The notes below the pieces were generated by a model that was given only the letters and a program-made list of their open reading frames with translations, had not been told where the DNA came from and ran no database searches. Source: a virus. Taken from it: DNA of 43,062 nt. Positions 1-9,200 of this stretch are shown piece after piece. Each line of letters starts with the position of its first letter. Position 1 is the stretch's first letter. Where the stretch lies: UHGV virus genome UHGV-1377764, one strand, 5' to 3'. The position numbers and the translations under genes were made by a program.

Positions 1-13
1 GTTTTTTTTTTTT

Positions 14-199
14 TTACTCATAGTAAAAACTCACATACCTGTGCGCTTTCAGGTAATCTTCTTTTGAAATAATATTAAAACTATCTAACGCTTTTAAGTA
101 TCCATAACAATAATAAAAATATTTATCAGACACCTTCTGTGTTTGATTTTTTGGTGGTAATAGTTGGTCTAGTTTAGTTAGTAATTCATCGTAATTCAT
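14..199 (-). CDS. hypothetical protein (last gene of leftward replication operon in window)
   Basis: ORF 61 aa, ATGA overlap with upstream prim-pol gene; followed by A15 tract at window edge. Confidence 0.45.
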   Translation of the reverse strand: MNYDELLTKLDQLLPPKNQTQKVSDKYFYYCYGYLKALDSFNIISKEDYLKAHRYVSFYYE

Positions 200-939
200 T
201 GGTCTTCCTCCATTCTACGTATTTCACGCTTACGCACGCTCTCATATGTTTGCAGTACTTCATCCTCTGATAATGGTGGATTGCAGCCAATCTGGTTTAC
301 GTATAGAGACCATACCCTCACTTCATCGTGATTTAAACCAGTTGCGAATAATTTACCAATTTGAGTGGTGAGCCAGATATTTCTTCCTCCCTCTCCACTA
401 CCTGTAATTATATCACCTAATAAGTTGGCAGTCCATTTGCGTTCCCTCTTTTTGTTCTTTTTAGTAATTGATTTATCTGTGAACATCTCTAACCATTTTT
501 CAGGTAGTTCTGCCAGTTCTACGTCACGTACTACTTCATAATATTTACCATCAATTTGACTAGGTGGTGCAACAACGTAGCGGCCATGCACCTGAAAATC
601 AACCCCTTTTAGTTGGGGATGATTTTGAATAAACTGTGTGTCATTATATTTCTCATCAAGTTTAAAGTAGTAGTGTAATCCACCACTTGGAGTCTTAACT
701 ACTTTAGTCTTAGGTAACTTAATGTCATACATTTCTAAAAAATCTTTTAAGTTGCCAAGACCATCTACTCCATTGTGATTATCAATGTCAATGACTGCAA
801 TACCACTAGCTAATCCTGTAAGTGTGCCAACGTTACCTCCTTCTTGCACCCAGGCTTGAATTAAGTTAAACTCTTCTCCGTTAAACGCTCCCGCTACTAA
901 TGGTGCTTTACTGTTTTTCTTTAATCTTAATTGTTTCAT
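196..939 (-). CDS. bifunctional DNA primase/polymerase (prim-pol N-terminal domain + PriCT-type C-terminal domain)
   Basis: 247 aa; motifs GIAVIDIDNH, hGGLHYYF, VHGRYVVAPPS typical of Prim-Pol; C-terminal region resembles primase C-terminal (PriCT_1); RBS AAGAGGAGG; promoter TTGACA-N18-TATACT at 969-998. Confidence 0.7.
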   Translation of the reverse strand: MKQLRLKKNSKAPLVAGAFNGEEFNLIQAWVQEGGNVGTLTGLASGIAVIDIDNHNGVDGLGNLKDFLEMYDIKLPKTKVVKTPSGGLHYYFKLDEKYNDTQFIQNHPQLKGVDFQVHGRYVVAPPSQIDGKYYEVVRDVELAELPEKWLEMFTDKSITKKNKKRERKWTANLLGDIITGSGEGGRNIWLTTQIGKLFATGLNHDEVRVWSLYVNQIGCNPPLSEDEVLQTYESVRKREIRRMEEDQ

Positions 940-981
940 TTATTTATCCTCCTCTTATTTATGTACCAAGTATAGCATGAG

Positions 982-2271
982 TCAGCTATACTTGTCAACA
1001 CTTTCAATCATTTCATTTGTAAAATCTTTTCCATTTGTGACTGTTTCAAAAATCTTTTTCTCTATAGGTGTATCAGGCACAATATGGTAATACAATGGAG
1101 TTTTCTCTTGACCATGTCTGTCAGTACGTCCTTTTGCTTGTAAATACTCTGTAGAGCTTAGAGGGATGCTGTTGAAAACTGTCACGTTACTAATCACAAA
1201 GTCGTTTATCCCAGTTGAAGCGGATTTATATTGTGCTAGTACAACTCCATTTTCATTTTGTTTGAAGTTATTTAATTCCTTTATATTACCGTTATACACC
1301 CCATAGGGTCTTTTTAGTTTGTCTAGTAGCATTCTTAGCATTAAATACTCTGCCTTGTAATTATAGAAGATTACTACACGTTCGTTATTGTGTGTTTCAA
1401 GTATAGCTTCCAAACGTTCAAACGGCTCTTTTGATACTGGTTTAAGTACTCCTTCAAGAAAACCATGGCTTACTTGTCTGAGTCTGTTAAATAGATTACT
1501 AGCATTATCTAATTCAACAATATTACCATAGTCATCTTTGTAGATACGTTGTTTTTTCAACTTGTTGTACATTGCTGGTTTCTTAGTTGTGTAAACATAA
1601 TCTTGTGGTAAATAGCCTTTATCACGCTTATAGTTCACACTTGCTTGGTCAATCATTTGTTGAAGTAAATGTTCATTTTGATAACCCACAATATCCATGA
1701 ACCTCATTGAACCCATTTGTCTCATTTGTTTGATAATAAATAGTTGTTCAAACTCTTTCTTAGGCTTTCTAAAGACGTTTGCAATGTATAGTTGTGAGTA
1801 CCAGTTCTCCAGTTTTCCATTACTGATAGGCGTTGCTGTGCATAAATACGTGTATTTTGCTTTCTTACTAAGCTGCATGACAAACTTGGTAACTTTGGAT
1901 TTACTCACTCCCACTTTATGTGATTCGTCAATGATAATGAACGTGTCTTTGTCTACCCATTTTAGTAGTTCAGTTAAGCGCCAAGAGCTTTCAAAACTAA
2001 TTGCAATATTATCTACTGTTTCTAACAACTCTTTATTTTTCTTTGTGCCTTTGTTGAGTGCTGTGATATTAAGATTAAACGCATGTCCATCTTCCACAAA
2101 ATCTAGCACTTTAGGAGCTAAACAGATTACTAATAGTTTAGTACACTCACTTTTTACATATGAGCCTATACTCATATATGACTTTCCAGTTCCAACGTCT
2201 GACAGGTTGAGTGGTTTGTCCTTAAAGTGTTCAATAGCTTCTTGCTGATAGTCAAATAGTTTCACACCCAT
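982..2271 (-). CDS. SNF2-family DEAD/DEAH-box helicase
   Basis: 429 aa; Walker A GTGKS, DEAH-like box IIIDESHK, motif VI QAKGRTDRHGQ. Confidence 0.75.
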   Translation of the reverse strand: MGVKLFDYQQEAIEHFKDKPLNLSDVGTGKSYMSIGSYVKSECTKLLVICLAPKVLDFVEDGHAFNLNITALNKGTKKNKELLETVDNIAISFESSWRLTELLKWVDKDTFIIIDESHKVGVSKSKVTKFVMQLSKKAKYTYLCTATPISNGKLENWYSQLYIANVFRKPKKEFEQLFIIKQMRQMGSMRFMDIVGYQNEHLLQQMIDQASVNYKRDKGYLPQDYVYTTKKPAMYNKLKKQRIYKDDYGNIVELDNASNLFNRLRQVSHGFLEGVLKPVSKEPFERLEAILETHNNERVVIFYNYKAEYLMLRMLLDKLKRPYGVYNGNIKELNNFKQNENGVVLAQYKSASTGINDFVISNVTVFNSIPLSSTEYLQAKGRTDRHGQEKTPLYYHIVPDTPIEKKIFETVTNGKDFTNEMIESVDKYS

Positions 2272-2377
2272 TTTTCTAACTCCTTTTTCAACTCAAATAA
2301 TTTATGCCACATCTCCATATTCTGAGTAATGTTGTAATGGTATTTCATTTTCAAGCGTATATAGTAATAAAATAGTT

Positions 2378-2653
2378 TCATTTAATTTTCTCCACTTCCG
2401 TCATCACATCTCCAACTCTATCAAACGAAAAGACCACGCGACCTGGTTTCTGATCGTAATCTGTGATATATTTTATTCTAATGATTATCATAGTGTTAGT
2501 TACGCGATTTTTATCACTTTCAATTCTAGCATGTTTCAAACAAACATATTGTCCTACGTGAAAATTTTTATTTCTCTTTTCTCTTATCTCAAACGTTTTA
2601 TCCCCAGCAAGTATAGGTAATAGATATTTTTCTTTAATATTCAACGTTAACAT
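2378..2653 (-). CDS. ASCH/PUA-like domain protein
   Basis: ORF 2378..2671 trimmed to ATG (MLTLNIKEK) 10 nt after GGGAGG; sequence resembles ASCH domain. Confidence 0.45.
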   Translation of the reverse strand: MLTLNIKEKYLLPILAGDKTFEIREKRNKNFHVGQYVCLKHARIESDKNRVTNTMIIIRIKYITDYDQKPGRVVFSFDRVGDVMTEVEKIK

Positions 2654-2929
2654 TATTTTACAGCCTCCCATTTATACTGTATTTTACATATTAATAGTCA
2701 ATTAGTTCAATCATCGTGTGGTTCCCAAGTCCATATTATTATAAATACTGCCAGAAGTATCAATGCTGGTAACCCCACAAAACCTACGCCTAATATTAAT
2801 ATAATTATATTTTCAATCACGTTATAGCCTCCCATTTATATCGTATTTTTACGAAATGCATATATTCTTTAGTTGCTGCATATACTGATACTTGTTCTAT
2901 ATCTACTATTCTTGCTTCCATGATCCAAC

Positions 2930-3127
2930 TCATACTTCAAAAACCTCCTTGATATCTTGACAAGGTACTTTTAAGTTATTAATGGCATAGTTGATAGCTT
3001 CTACAATGTTCATTGCTGGTATATTTAGTTCGTGAATTGTTGTATCAATATATTGAAAGCTTGGGTTACTAGCATATACTTTTTCTCGTTTTTCTTCTTC
3101 ATAAATAATGCAATACTCTTTAATCAT
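2930..3127 (-). CDS. hypothetical protein
   Basis: ORF 2930..3196 trimmed to internal ATG (MIKEYCII) preceded by GGAGAAATTGAGT; avoids 77-nt overlap with VRR-NUC gene. Confidence 0.4.
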   Translation of the reverse strand: MIKEYCIIYEEEKREKVYASNPSFQYIDTTIHELNIPAMNIVEAINYAINNLKVPCQDIKEVFEV

Positions 3128-3470
3128 ACTCAATTTCTCCAATCTTAATTTCTGGCAACTCTGGTTGTTTGTATTGTCGTTCAATTCCATTGTCAATGCA
3201 AGATAATAAAACCATGAGTTCTTGAAGCGTGTCTCGTAGAATCAGCCCAAACCCTCCAGCGTCACGTACTTTTTGTAAGTAACTGATTTGTAAAGGATCT
3301 GGCTGATACTTACCTACCTTCAATTCTAAACTAATCCAATAACCTTTATAGCAGCACTCTACATCAGAACGCCCAACTTTGTCAAACATGTTGGCTGTGT
3401 TGACGTTAACTAGCGCACCTTTTTCTTTCAAATATTTAACTACTTGTTTACTGAACTGACTTTCTTTCAT
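3120..3470 (-). CDS. VRR-NUC domain nuclease
   Basis: 116 aa; PD-(D/E)xK-like core GRSDVECCYKGYWISLELK typical of VRR-NUC; sits downstream of SNF2 helicase as in many Gram-positive phages. Confidence 0.65.
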   Translation of the reverse strand: MKESQFSKQVVKYLKEKGALVNVNTANMFDKVGRSDVECCYKGYWISLELKVGKYQPDPLQISYLQKVRDAGGFGLILRDTLQELMVLLSCIDNGIERQYKQPELPEIKIGEIEYD

Positions 3471-3678
3471 GAATTTTACTCAATCCCTTCTTTTTACCTA
3501 AAACCTGATCTTCACAAGTTACTAATACATCATCAATTGTCAAATTGTTTTCTTTCATTAGTTGCAACAATCCACCATATGCAGCCCACAAGAATTTCTC
3601 TTCTTTTTCTCCAGTATTTGGCATTACTTCTGGTGCTAGTTCATCGCAGATTTCATCCCATTCTTTAAGTGTTAACAT
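3448..3678 (-). CDS. hypothetical protein
   Basis: ORF trimmed to MLTLKEWDE start after GGGAGG RBS. Confidence 0.4.
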   Translation of the reverse strand: MLTLKEWDEICDELAPEVMPNTGEKEEKFLWAAYGGLLQLMKENNLTIDDVLVTCEDQVLGKKKGLSKIHERKSVQ

Positions 3679-3893
3679 TATTCTTCCTCCCAATTCATAA
3701 TATGAGTTGTAATAGCGTCTTCTAAATAGCGCTTCACACGTTGTGCCTCTTTACGTGTTAGTGTTACAATGGCACAATCTTCTTCATCATCTGTTAATGT
3801 AATAAAAATACTATTATAATTATCATATGTTGCAACTCGTACTCGCTCATTAGTTTCTGTAGATAAATATTTTTCATAATTCAATTTTTCCAT
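3678..3893 (-). CDS. hypothetical protein
   Basis: ORF 3678..3965 trimmed to ATG (MEKLNYEKY) 5 nt after stop of upstream gene. Confidence 0.4.
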   Translation of the reverse strand: MEKLNYEKYLSTETNERVRVATYDNYNSIFITLTDDEEDCAIVTLTRKEAQRVKRYLEDAITTHIMNWEEE

Positions 3894-3898
3894 TTTGT

Positions 3899-4186
3899 TT
3901 AACCCCCAGTTATCATAAATACTAGAAAAGATATCACAATAAGAGAAAAAGAAATTACTATCCAATTTAAATATCTTGCTAGTGTTAACTCACGTTCTAA
4001 TTCGGTTATTCTGCTAGAAACTGGTGTAGCTTTAATTTCCGTAAAATGATAATAAATACTATCTATTTCGTGTGACCAGTCTTCCATTGCTTTCTCAATG
4101 GCATCCTGTTTGGTAGTTGCTATTACAGTATGACGATATTTGTTTTCATCTGACATTATGCCAGTTACTATATATTGTTGTTTCAT
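3899..4186 (-). CDS. hypothetical membrane-anchored protein
   Basis: 95 aa; C-terminal hydrophobic helix WIVISFSLIVISFLVFMI. Confidence 0.45.
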   Translation of the reverse strand: MKQQYIVTGIMSDENKYRHTVIATTKQDAIEKAMEDWSHEIDSIYYHFTEIKATPVSSRITELERELTLARYLNWIVISFSLIVISFLVFMITGG

Positions 4187-4543
4187 TACTCGTCCTCCTC
4201 TATATCTATCTCAACATCTCTGCCTTCTAAAATGTGTTGAGTATTAATGCCTTTTGTTTTCAATTTATGCATCTTACAACACCTTCACAATTCTAATTTG
4301 ATTGTTTGCATATCCTCTTTTGTTGTAGTAATTACATAATTTATTCAAACTATATAAATCTGTAGGGATATCATACATACCCAACTCCCACTCACCATCA
4401 GTTAATACTTCCATAGCATAAATATGATTTTTGTCTTTAAATCCAGTATGCATCTTAATATCCTCCTTCTTCTAACCAGTGAATAAGTACTCCAGCTCCG
4501 TAAATTACTGCTCCAATAAATAATAGCCCCATCATCATGAATG

Positions 4544-4777
4544 TCATTTTGTTTCCTCCTCTTTATATAGTTCAGTGTTGATAATATATACTGACTGAAT
4601 TAAAAAGTCACGTGTATCCTCTAACCTGTTTATAAGGTTGTTTACCCCAATACTTTTAAAATACTCTATCGTTCTACTTATGTCATTTATTTTACCTTCT
4701 AAGATACTCTTATGCTCAATTAATTCTTCATGTGTCATTTTAAGTCCTCCCTTATCTCTATGAATTAATAATACCAT
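4544..4777 (-). CDS. hypothetical protein
   Basis: 77 aa ORF, RBS AAGGGAGG. Confidence 0.45.
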   Translation of the reverse strand: MVLLIHRDKGGLKMTHEELIEHKSILEGKINDISRTIEYFKSIGVNNLINRLEDTRDFLIQSVYIINTELYKEEETK

Positions 4778-4789
4778 GATATAAAAAGA

Positions 4790-4822
4790 AAGTCAACTGC
4801 TTTAGTCAACTTTCTTTCAAAA
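4790..4822 (-). terminator. stem-loop (9-bp perfect stem AAAGAAAGT/ACTTTCTTT) followed by U-rich tract on minus-strand RNA; internal attenuator/terminator in early operon
   Basis: Read directly: aaagaaagtcaactgctttagtcaactttcttt; minus-strand transcript continues UUUUAUAU. Confidence 0.4.
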
Positions 4823-4825
4823 ATA

Positions 4826-5044
4826 TTAAACTTTTTCTGAGGTGGTGATTGACACAATGTTGTTCACAGTTAGAAGTACCTCGTATTTATATGTTCCCAT
4901 GCCAATTAATTCTTTTTTATGTTGAATATAGATTGATTCTTCTCCCAACTCTATTGCACGTTTAAATAGAGTAATTAGCTCTCTATCTGTTTCTACCAAA
5001 AATGGTTCTGTTGAATTGGTTGTGTAAATACTATATTTTTTCAT
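4826..5044 (-). CDS. hypothetical protein
   Basis: 72 aa ORF. Confidence 0.4.
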   Translation of the reverse strand: MKKYSIYTTNSTEPFLVETDRELITLFKRAIELGEESIYIQHKKELIGMGTYKYEVLLTVNNIVSITTSEKV

Positions 5045-5056
5045 GTTTATGGCCTC

Positions 5057-6643
5057 CTATTGTACATCATTGAAAATGTTTACATACTCTGTTCCTGCTA
5101 GTGCGTTCATCAAATATGGTTTAATTGATTCGTTATCTCCATTGCGTGCGATTTTTAGACCAGTGAGCACACGTGCTTTACTTGTACGTTTTTCTTCAAA
5201 CCCTTGCTTCAGCAGCAATTCTTTCATGGTACGCCAGTTCATTGATTTGTTTATATTGTTCTCTTTTGTGTACACATTAAAGATATTCTTCAATAACGTT
5301 AGGTTAACAGTACCTTCTGCATCTTCCACAATCACAGGTACTTCACTCAAAAACTCTTTAGATGGATCATTTGATTCAATATAAGCTTTTTTGAACGCAA
5401 TCATATCTGCTGTTTCTGTGAATGGGTTTTCACCATTTGTACCAGCGTCTAAAATCTTTTTGAATTGCTGAATACAGAACCATGCAAATTTACCCAGCTG
5501 CTCTTTTGACTCACGTTCCTCACGTTGTTTGTTAAACTCATTAATGCGTTCACGTGCTTCTGGTGTGTCTAAGTTTGTGTTAAAATTTAAAATCAAAATA
5601 CGTCTATACCATCCATTGGTGCGGTCATTAAAAGCTGGTAGTTCATTCATTGAAAACATCAACTTCGCATAGTTGGTAAAGCTAAATGCGTCCTTCCCCT
5701 TTTTCTCAGCATGAACGGCGTCAAGACCTCCTGAAAGCTTTTTCAGTGTTTCAGTACCTTTCACAAAATTGGCACTAGAATCAGCTTCAAAGTTCAATAA
5801 TTTATGGTGTAATGAAGCTTTGTCAAAACGATTGTTTTTATCTGCTAAGCTGTCTAGACCAACTGCTGAGCTGTTTTTGAAGCCAATTAATTTATTCATG
5901 ATAAAGCCACCCACATAAGATTTACCATTTGAACCATTACCTAAGAGGTATAATATTGATTGATATTTGTACTCTCTATAATACATATAACCAATATACT
6001 CATATAATGTCTGTGCTTGATCTTTCAGTAGATAATCAATCCATTGTTTAGCCAATAATTCATCTGTTTCATCTGTCTTAATTAATGGATATGGTAATTG
6101 CAGTGTGTGGTAATCTTCTAACCTGGTCTCACGTATATCATTGGTTTTAAAGTCATATGTCCCATTCTCAAACGCAATAATATTTGGATTAGGATTGTCA
6201 CCTAAGGGTGCATGTTCACCACGTGTCATGGAGCGATTAGCTAACTCAGGTGCTAGTTTCTTCATTTCTTTACGTATTTCATTCCCAAATTCTGGATTTC
6301 TGAATTGTGGTGTAAATTTTGGTGCTAAAATGTTCTCAAAGTACCAATCTGAATATTTGTAACTACCTAGATTTACTTCAGACCAGATACGTGTGTCTGC
6401 ATTGTACACATATGGAGCGTTTAAGTTAGGGTGTGCATACACATAGGCTAACTGATTAAATTTATCAATAAATAATTCTTGTTGGATTTCAAACTTTGGC
6501 TGTGTGCCGTCTTTACCTCCGTAGTACATTCGTCCTAGTTCTGAATTGAAGTCCACAAATTCCTCACTTGGAAAGTGTTTATTTGAAACAGGTAATAACT
6601 CTTCAACAGATGCTGAATAGTCTATTTTCGTTAATTCATTCAT
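5057..6643 (-). CDS. phage primase-helicase, D5/P4 (VirE-like) family with SF3 helicase domain
   Basis: 528 aa; Walker A LLGNGSNGKS, motif C FSMNELP, conserved WYRRILILNF; leader/promoter cassette at 6644-6705. Confidence 0.7.
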   Translation of the reverse strand: MNELTKIDYSASVEELLPVSNKHFPSEEFVDFNSELGRMYYGGKDGTQPKFEIQQELFIDKFNQLAYVYAHPNLNAPYVYNADTRIWSEVNLGSYKYSDWYFENILAPKFTPQFRNPEFGNEIRKEMKKLAPELANRSMTRGEHAPLGDNPNPNIIAFENGTYDFKTNDIRETRLEDYHTLQLPYPLIKTDETDELLAKQWIDYLLKDQAQTLYEYIGYMYYREYKYQSILYLLGNGSNGKSYVGGFIMNKLIGFKNSSAVGLDSLADKNNRFDKASLHHKLLNFEADSSANFVKGTETLKKLSGGLDAVHAEKKGKDAFSFTNYAKLMFSMNELPAFNDRTNGWYRRILILNFNTNLDTPEARERINEFNKQREERESKEQLGKFAWFCIQQFKKILDAGTNGENPFTETADMIAFKKAYIESNDPSKEFLSEVPVIVEDAEGTVNLTLLKNIFNVYTKENNINKSMNWRTMKELLLKQGFEEKRTSKARVLTGLKIARNGDNESIKPYLMNALAGTEYVNIFNDVQ

Positions 6644-6733
6644 TCCATTAAGTCCTCCCTCATATCTTATGCACTAAGTATAGCACAAACTTTTCATTTG
6701 TGCTATACCTTTTATCTAAAAATATTGATTAAT

Positions 6734-6898
6734 TTATTCCACTGAGTCTTTTACATCTAATTGGGTACCACCTAACAGTATGACAATAGTATATTCCCAC
6801 GCTTTACTGTGATAGAATGCTGCAATGTGATTGATGTTTACATATACTGTAGTTTCATCAATTCTTGTTAATGTGATTAGTTCGTTCATTTTATTCAT
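6734..6898 (-). CDS. hypothetical small protein (54 aa)
   Basis: Translated by hand: MNKMNELITLTRIDETTVYVNINHIAAFYHSKAWEYTIVILLGGTQLDVKDSVE; not in ORF track (<60 aa). Confidence 0.35.
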   Translation of the reverse strand: MNKMNELITLTRIDETTVYVNINHIAAFYHSKAWEYTIVILLGGTQLDVKDSVE

Positions 6899-6906
6899 TT
6901 TGACAC

Positions 6907-7083
6907 CTACCAATTCACTTCAAATTCTAAAACTTGGTCTTTTTGAATATATACAATACTACCAATCGGTTTATGCTCTAATATTAGATAGTCATCAGTA
7001 ATTTTATACTGATTCACATCTGTGTATAACATTGTTTCTATACCTTCACCAGCGTTGTATTTGGTTACTGCAATTGTAAACAT
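6907..7083 (-). CDS. hypothetical small protein (58 aa)
   Basis: Translated by hand: MFTIAVTKYNAGEGIETMLYTDVNQYKITDDYLILEHKPIGSIVYIQKDQVLEFEVNW; RBS AAAGGATGA. Confidence 0.35.
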   Translation of the reverse strand: MFTIAVTKYNAGEGIETMLYTDVNQYKITDDYLILEHKPIGSIVYIQKDQVLEFEVNW

Positions 7084-7085
7084 TA

Positions 7086-7496
7086 TTATATCATCCTTTC
7101 AATAAATTCATCCAATTCGTACTTTGCTACTTCTTTCTTTGCTAACTTCAAGTCAAGCTCTTTCTCTGCGAACTCCAAAGCTTGTTGTAAATCTATATAC
7201 TCTTTTAGTTGATAAACTGTTAGTTTGTTTAGGTCTAGTGATTTTTCTTTTTCATCTGGTAGTTCGTGCCTTGAAAACCAGTCGTAGTTGTTAAAGCTAG
7301 GCGTCTCTTTTAGTTTAAATTGACAGATATCGTACTTCAAAGAATCAAGGTACCAGCTATCACCATCATCATCAACTAAGCACAGTTTGCCATGATTGGT
7401 TGATACTGCTTTATACTCCTTTCCTCTCGTCCACCATGGTGTATCTGACTTTGTACAAATATAGGTTTGTCCTTCTTTTAAATGTAGTTTGTTCAT
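7086..7496 (-). CDS. hypothetical protein, N-terminal domain paralogous to adjacent gene
   Basis: ORF trimmed to MNKLHLKEGQTYIC start after AAAGGAGGAAAATAATA; N-terminal 50 aa ~55% identical to 7499..7696 product. Confidence 0.5.
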   Translation of the reverse strand: MNKLHLKEGQTYICTKSDTPWWTRGKEYKAVSTNHGKLCLVDDDGDSWYLDSLKYDICQFKLKETPSFNNYDWFSRHELPDEKEKSLDLNKLTVYQLKEYIDLQQALEFAEKELDLKLAKKEVAKYELDEFIERMI

Positions 7497-7498
7497 TA

Positions 7499-7696
7499 TT
7501 ATTTTCCTCCTTTTATTTTGTAAAAATATCCTTCTATTGGTTGAGGATTGAAGCACTTATCACCGTCATCATCTACTAGTGCTGGACTTCTGTATTTGTT
7601 CAATACAACCTCATATTCTTTACCTACTGTCCACCATCTATATTTTGTGTCTGTACAAATATATGTTTGTCCTTCTTTTAAATCTAAGTTGTTCAT
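7499..7696 (-). CDS. hypothetical protein (paralog of N-terminal domain of 7086..7496)
   Basis: 65 aa, MNNLDLKEGQTYICTD...VDDDGD shared motif; identical RBS context ttattattttcctcc. Confidence 0.5.
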   Translation of the reverse strand: MNNLDLKEGQTYICTDTKYRWWTVGKEYEVVLNKYRSPALVDDDGDKCFNPQPIEGYFYKIKGGK

Positions 7697-7793
7697 TATT
7701 ATTTTCCTCCTATTTATTTGTTTATATGTTTCTTTATTCTGAACTGAGCATCTTTGATTCCTATATAGATTAGTGTAAACAGACTCATTACTA

Positions 7794-7879
7794 GAAAACC
7801 AACGCAGAGTGTTCTAATCATGTATATAATTATTATATGTGGTAGATAGGTGAGACTGAACACTCTGCGTTGGTACTAG
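7794..7879. repeat. long inverted repeat: 16-bp perfect arms CCAACGCAGAGTGTTC / GAACACTCTGCGTTGG (extended by ACTAG/CTAGT) around a 44-nt AT-rich loop
   Basis: Read directly at 7799-7814 and 7859-7874. Confidence 0.7.
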
Positions 7880-8175
7880 TTTATACAATACATTTTTATT
7901 AGCTTTGAAGACTTTTAGTATGGACTTAGTATATCTCATTTTATTTCCTCCTCTGGTATGATTACACTACTAAGTGTACTGTTTGTTAGTTTACTTGTTA
8001 CTATCTATTATAATTAGTTGCTTCCTTACAATCAATAATTTTATACTTCTTTTTGGGATATGTCAAGCGAAACTTATCAATCGCTCCTCTCATTGTTTCA
8101 GCTAAGTAGCTTAATTGAATGGTTTGTGTGTTTCTTTTTGCTAGAATAATAAATGTATTCATTTTGTTTCCTCCT

Positions 8176-8607
8176 TTAGAAAAACCATGCTTTGTGTTGT
8201 AATTTTAGAACAAACTCATTGTCAATAGGTATTACACTTTTTACTTCCATATCTTTGAACTTTTCAATAAACTCAGTTTTTGTATATGTTTCTTTTTCAC
8301 CAAATACTTTAAATTTAGTATGTTCAAAGAATGGTTTTAGTACAAATGGCACAGTGTGAACAGTATAATCAAAATCATGTTTTATATCTCTTACTCTATC
8401 ATCAACAATCCACGCAATTTCTTGTTCAATCTTTTGGGCTTGTTCATCTGTTAAGTCATAATACATTCCTGTTGGTGATAGACAATCATCACATAGGTGG
8501 TTGTCTGAACGGTAGTATGCATTCCAATATTTTATACCTTTACATTTTCTGCATTGACCTTTTGTCCATTCAGTATAGTCTGTTATATAGATAATTTCAT
8601 TCTCCAT
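8176..8607 (-). CDS. hypothetical Zn-ribbon protein
   Basis: 143 aa; CRKCKG...CDDC cysteine pairs near N-terminus. Confidence 0.45.
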   Translation of the reverse strand: MENEIIYITDYTEWTKGQCRKCKGIKYWNAYYRSDNHLCDDCLSPTGMYYDLTDEQAQKIEQEIAWIVDDRVRDIKHDFDYTVHTVPFVLKPFFEHTKFKVFGEKETYTKTEFIEKFKDMEVKSVIPIDNEFVLKLQHKAWFF

Positions 8608-8618
8608 GTTTCTTCCTC

Positions 8619-8945
8619 CTATTTGTAAATATCCATCAGCTTTATAATTCTCTGAAGTAGTTCTTTGTCGTCTGTTAGAAATTCAAAGCGTTCTTGGTGT
8701 AAATTATTTAACCAGTGAAAGCGCTTTTCTAATTCGTTTAACTCTTCAATAATGATCCTCATTTCTTTTTCACATTGTTCAATTTTATTGTGTGTTTGCC
8801 AGTAGCGTTGTGTAGTGTGGTTTTGCATGTTGCCTGGTTCATTCATCTTCATTAACCGTTCAGTTGCCTTATCATGAGCCTTAGAGAGTCGCTTGAACTC
8901 TCTAAGTTGTATTTTCATGATTTCTGTGTAGTATTTTGCTAACAT
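8619..8945 (-). CDS. hypothetical coiled-coil protein
   Basis: 108 aa ORF. Confidence 0.4.
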   Translation of the reverse strand: MLAKYYTEIMKIQLREFKRLSKAHDKATERLMKMNEPGNMQNHTTQRYWQTHNKIEQCEKEMRIIIEELNELEKRFHWLNNLHQERFEFLTDDKELLQRIIKLMDIYK

Positions 8946-9169
8946 GCTAACATTCCTTTCAGTTTTGAGTAGTCAATGGCTAATTCAGCTAAAACTGTAC
9001 TGTCATTTGTGTCAACCCACTCTAAAATGGTTTCTATTTCGTTGTCTAACCAATTTGAAACTTTACTAAAATCTTCGTCACGTTCTTCAGCCTCTGCTGC
9101 TAAGTCAATAAAATCGCTGTAAAGCATGTCCATTTTCTTTTGTAGTTCGTCATATTTTTCGTGTGTCAT
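8939..9169 (-). CDS. small highly acidic protein, first gene of leftward early operon
   Basis: 76 aa, about 21 D/E versus 8 K/R/H; RBS AGAGGAGGAAA; directly downstream of TTGACA-N17-TATACT promoter. Confidence 0.5.
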   Translation of the reverse strand: MTHEKYDELQKKMDMLYSDFIDLAAEAEERDEDFSKVSNWLDNEIETILEWVDTNDSTVLAELAIDYSKLKGMLAC

Positions 9170-9200
9170 TGTTGTTTCCTCCTCTTTATCTTATGAACTA

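Noticed and set aside
2-16. T15 homopolymer at window start as a functional element
   Set aside because: It lies at the window/assembly boundary. It is as likely an assembly or permutation breakpoint artefact as a real intergenic A/T tract, and cannot be judged from the sequence alone.
1697-2248. 183-aa ORF on + strand
   Set aside because: Lies entirely antisense within the SNF2 helicase gene; low-complexity Leu/Ser/Ile-rich translation typical of AT-rich antisense frames; no RBS.
5043-5384. 113-aa + strand ORF overlapping primase-helicase 3' end
   Set aside because: Antisense to the conserved D5/P4 helicase gene; no SD.
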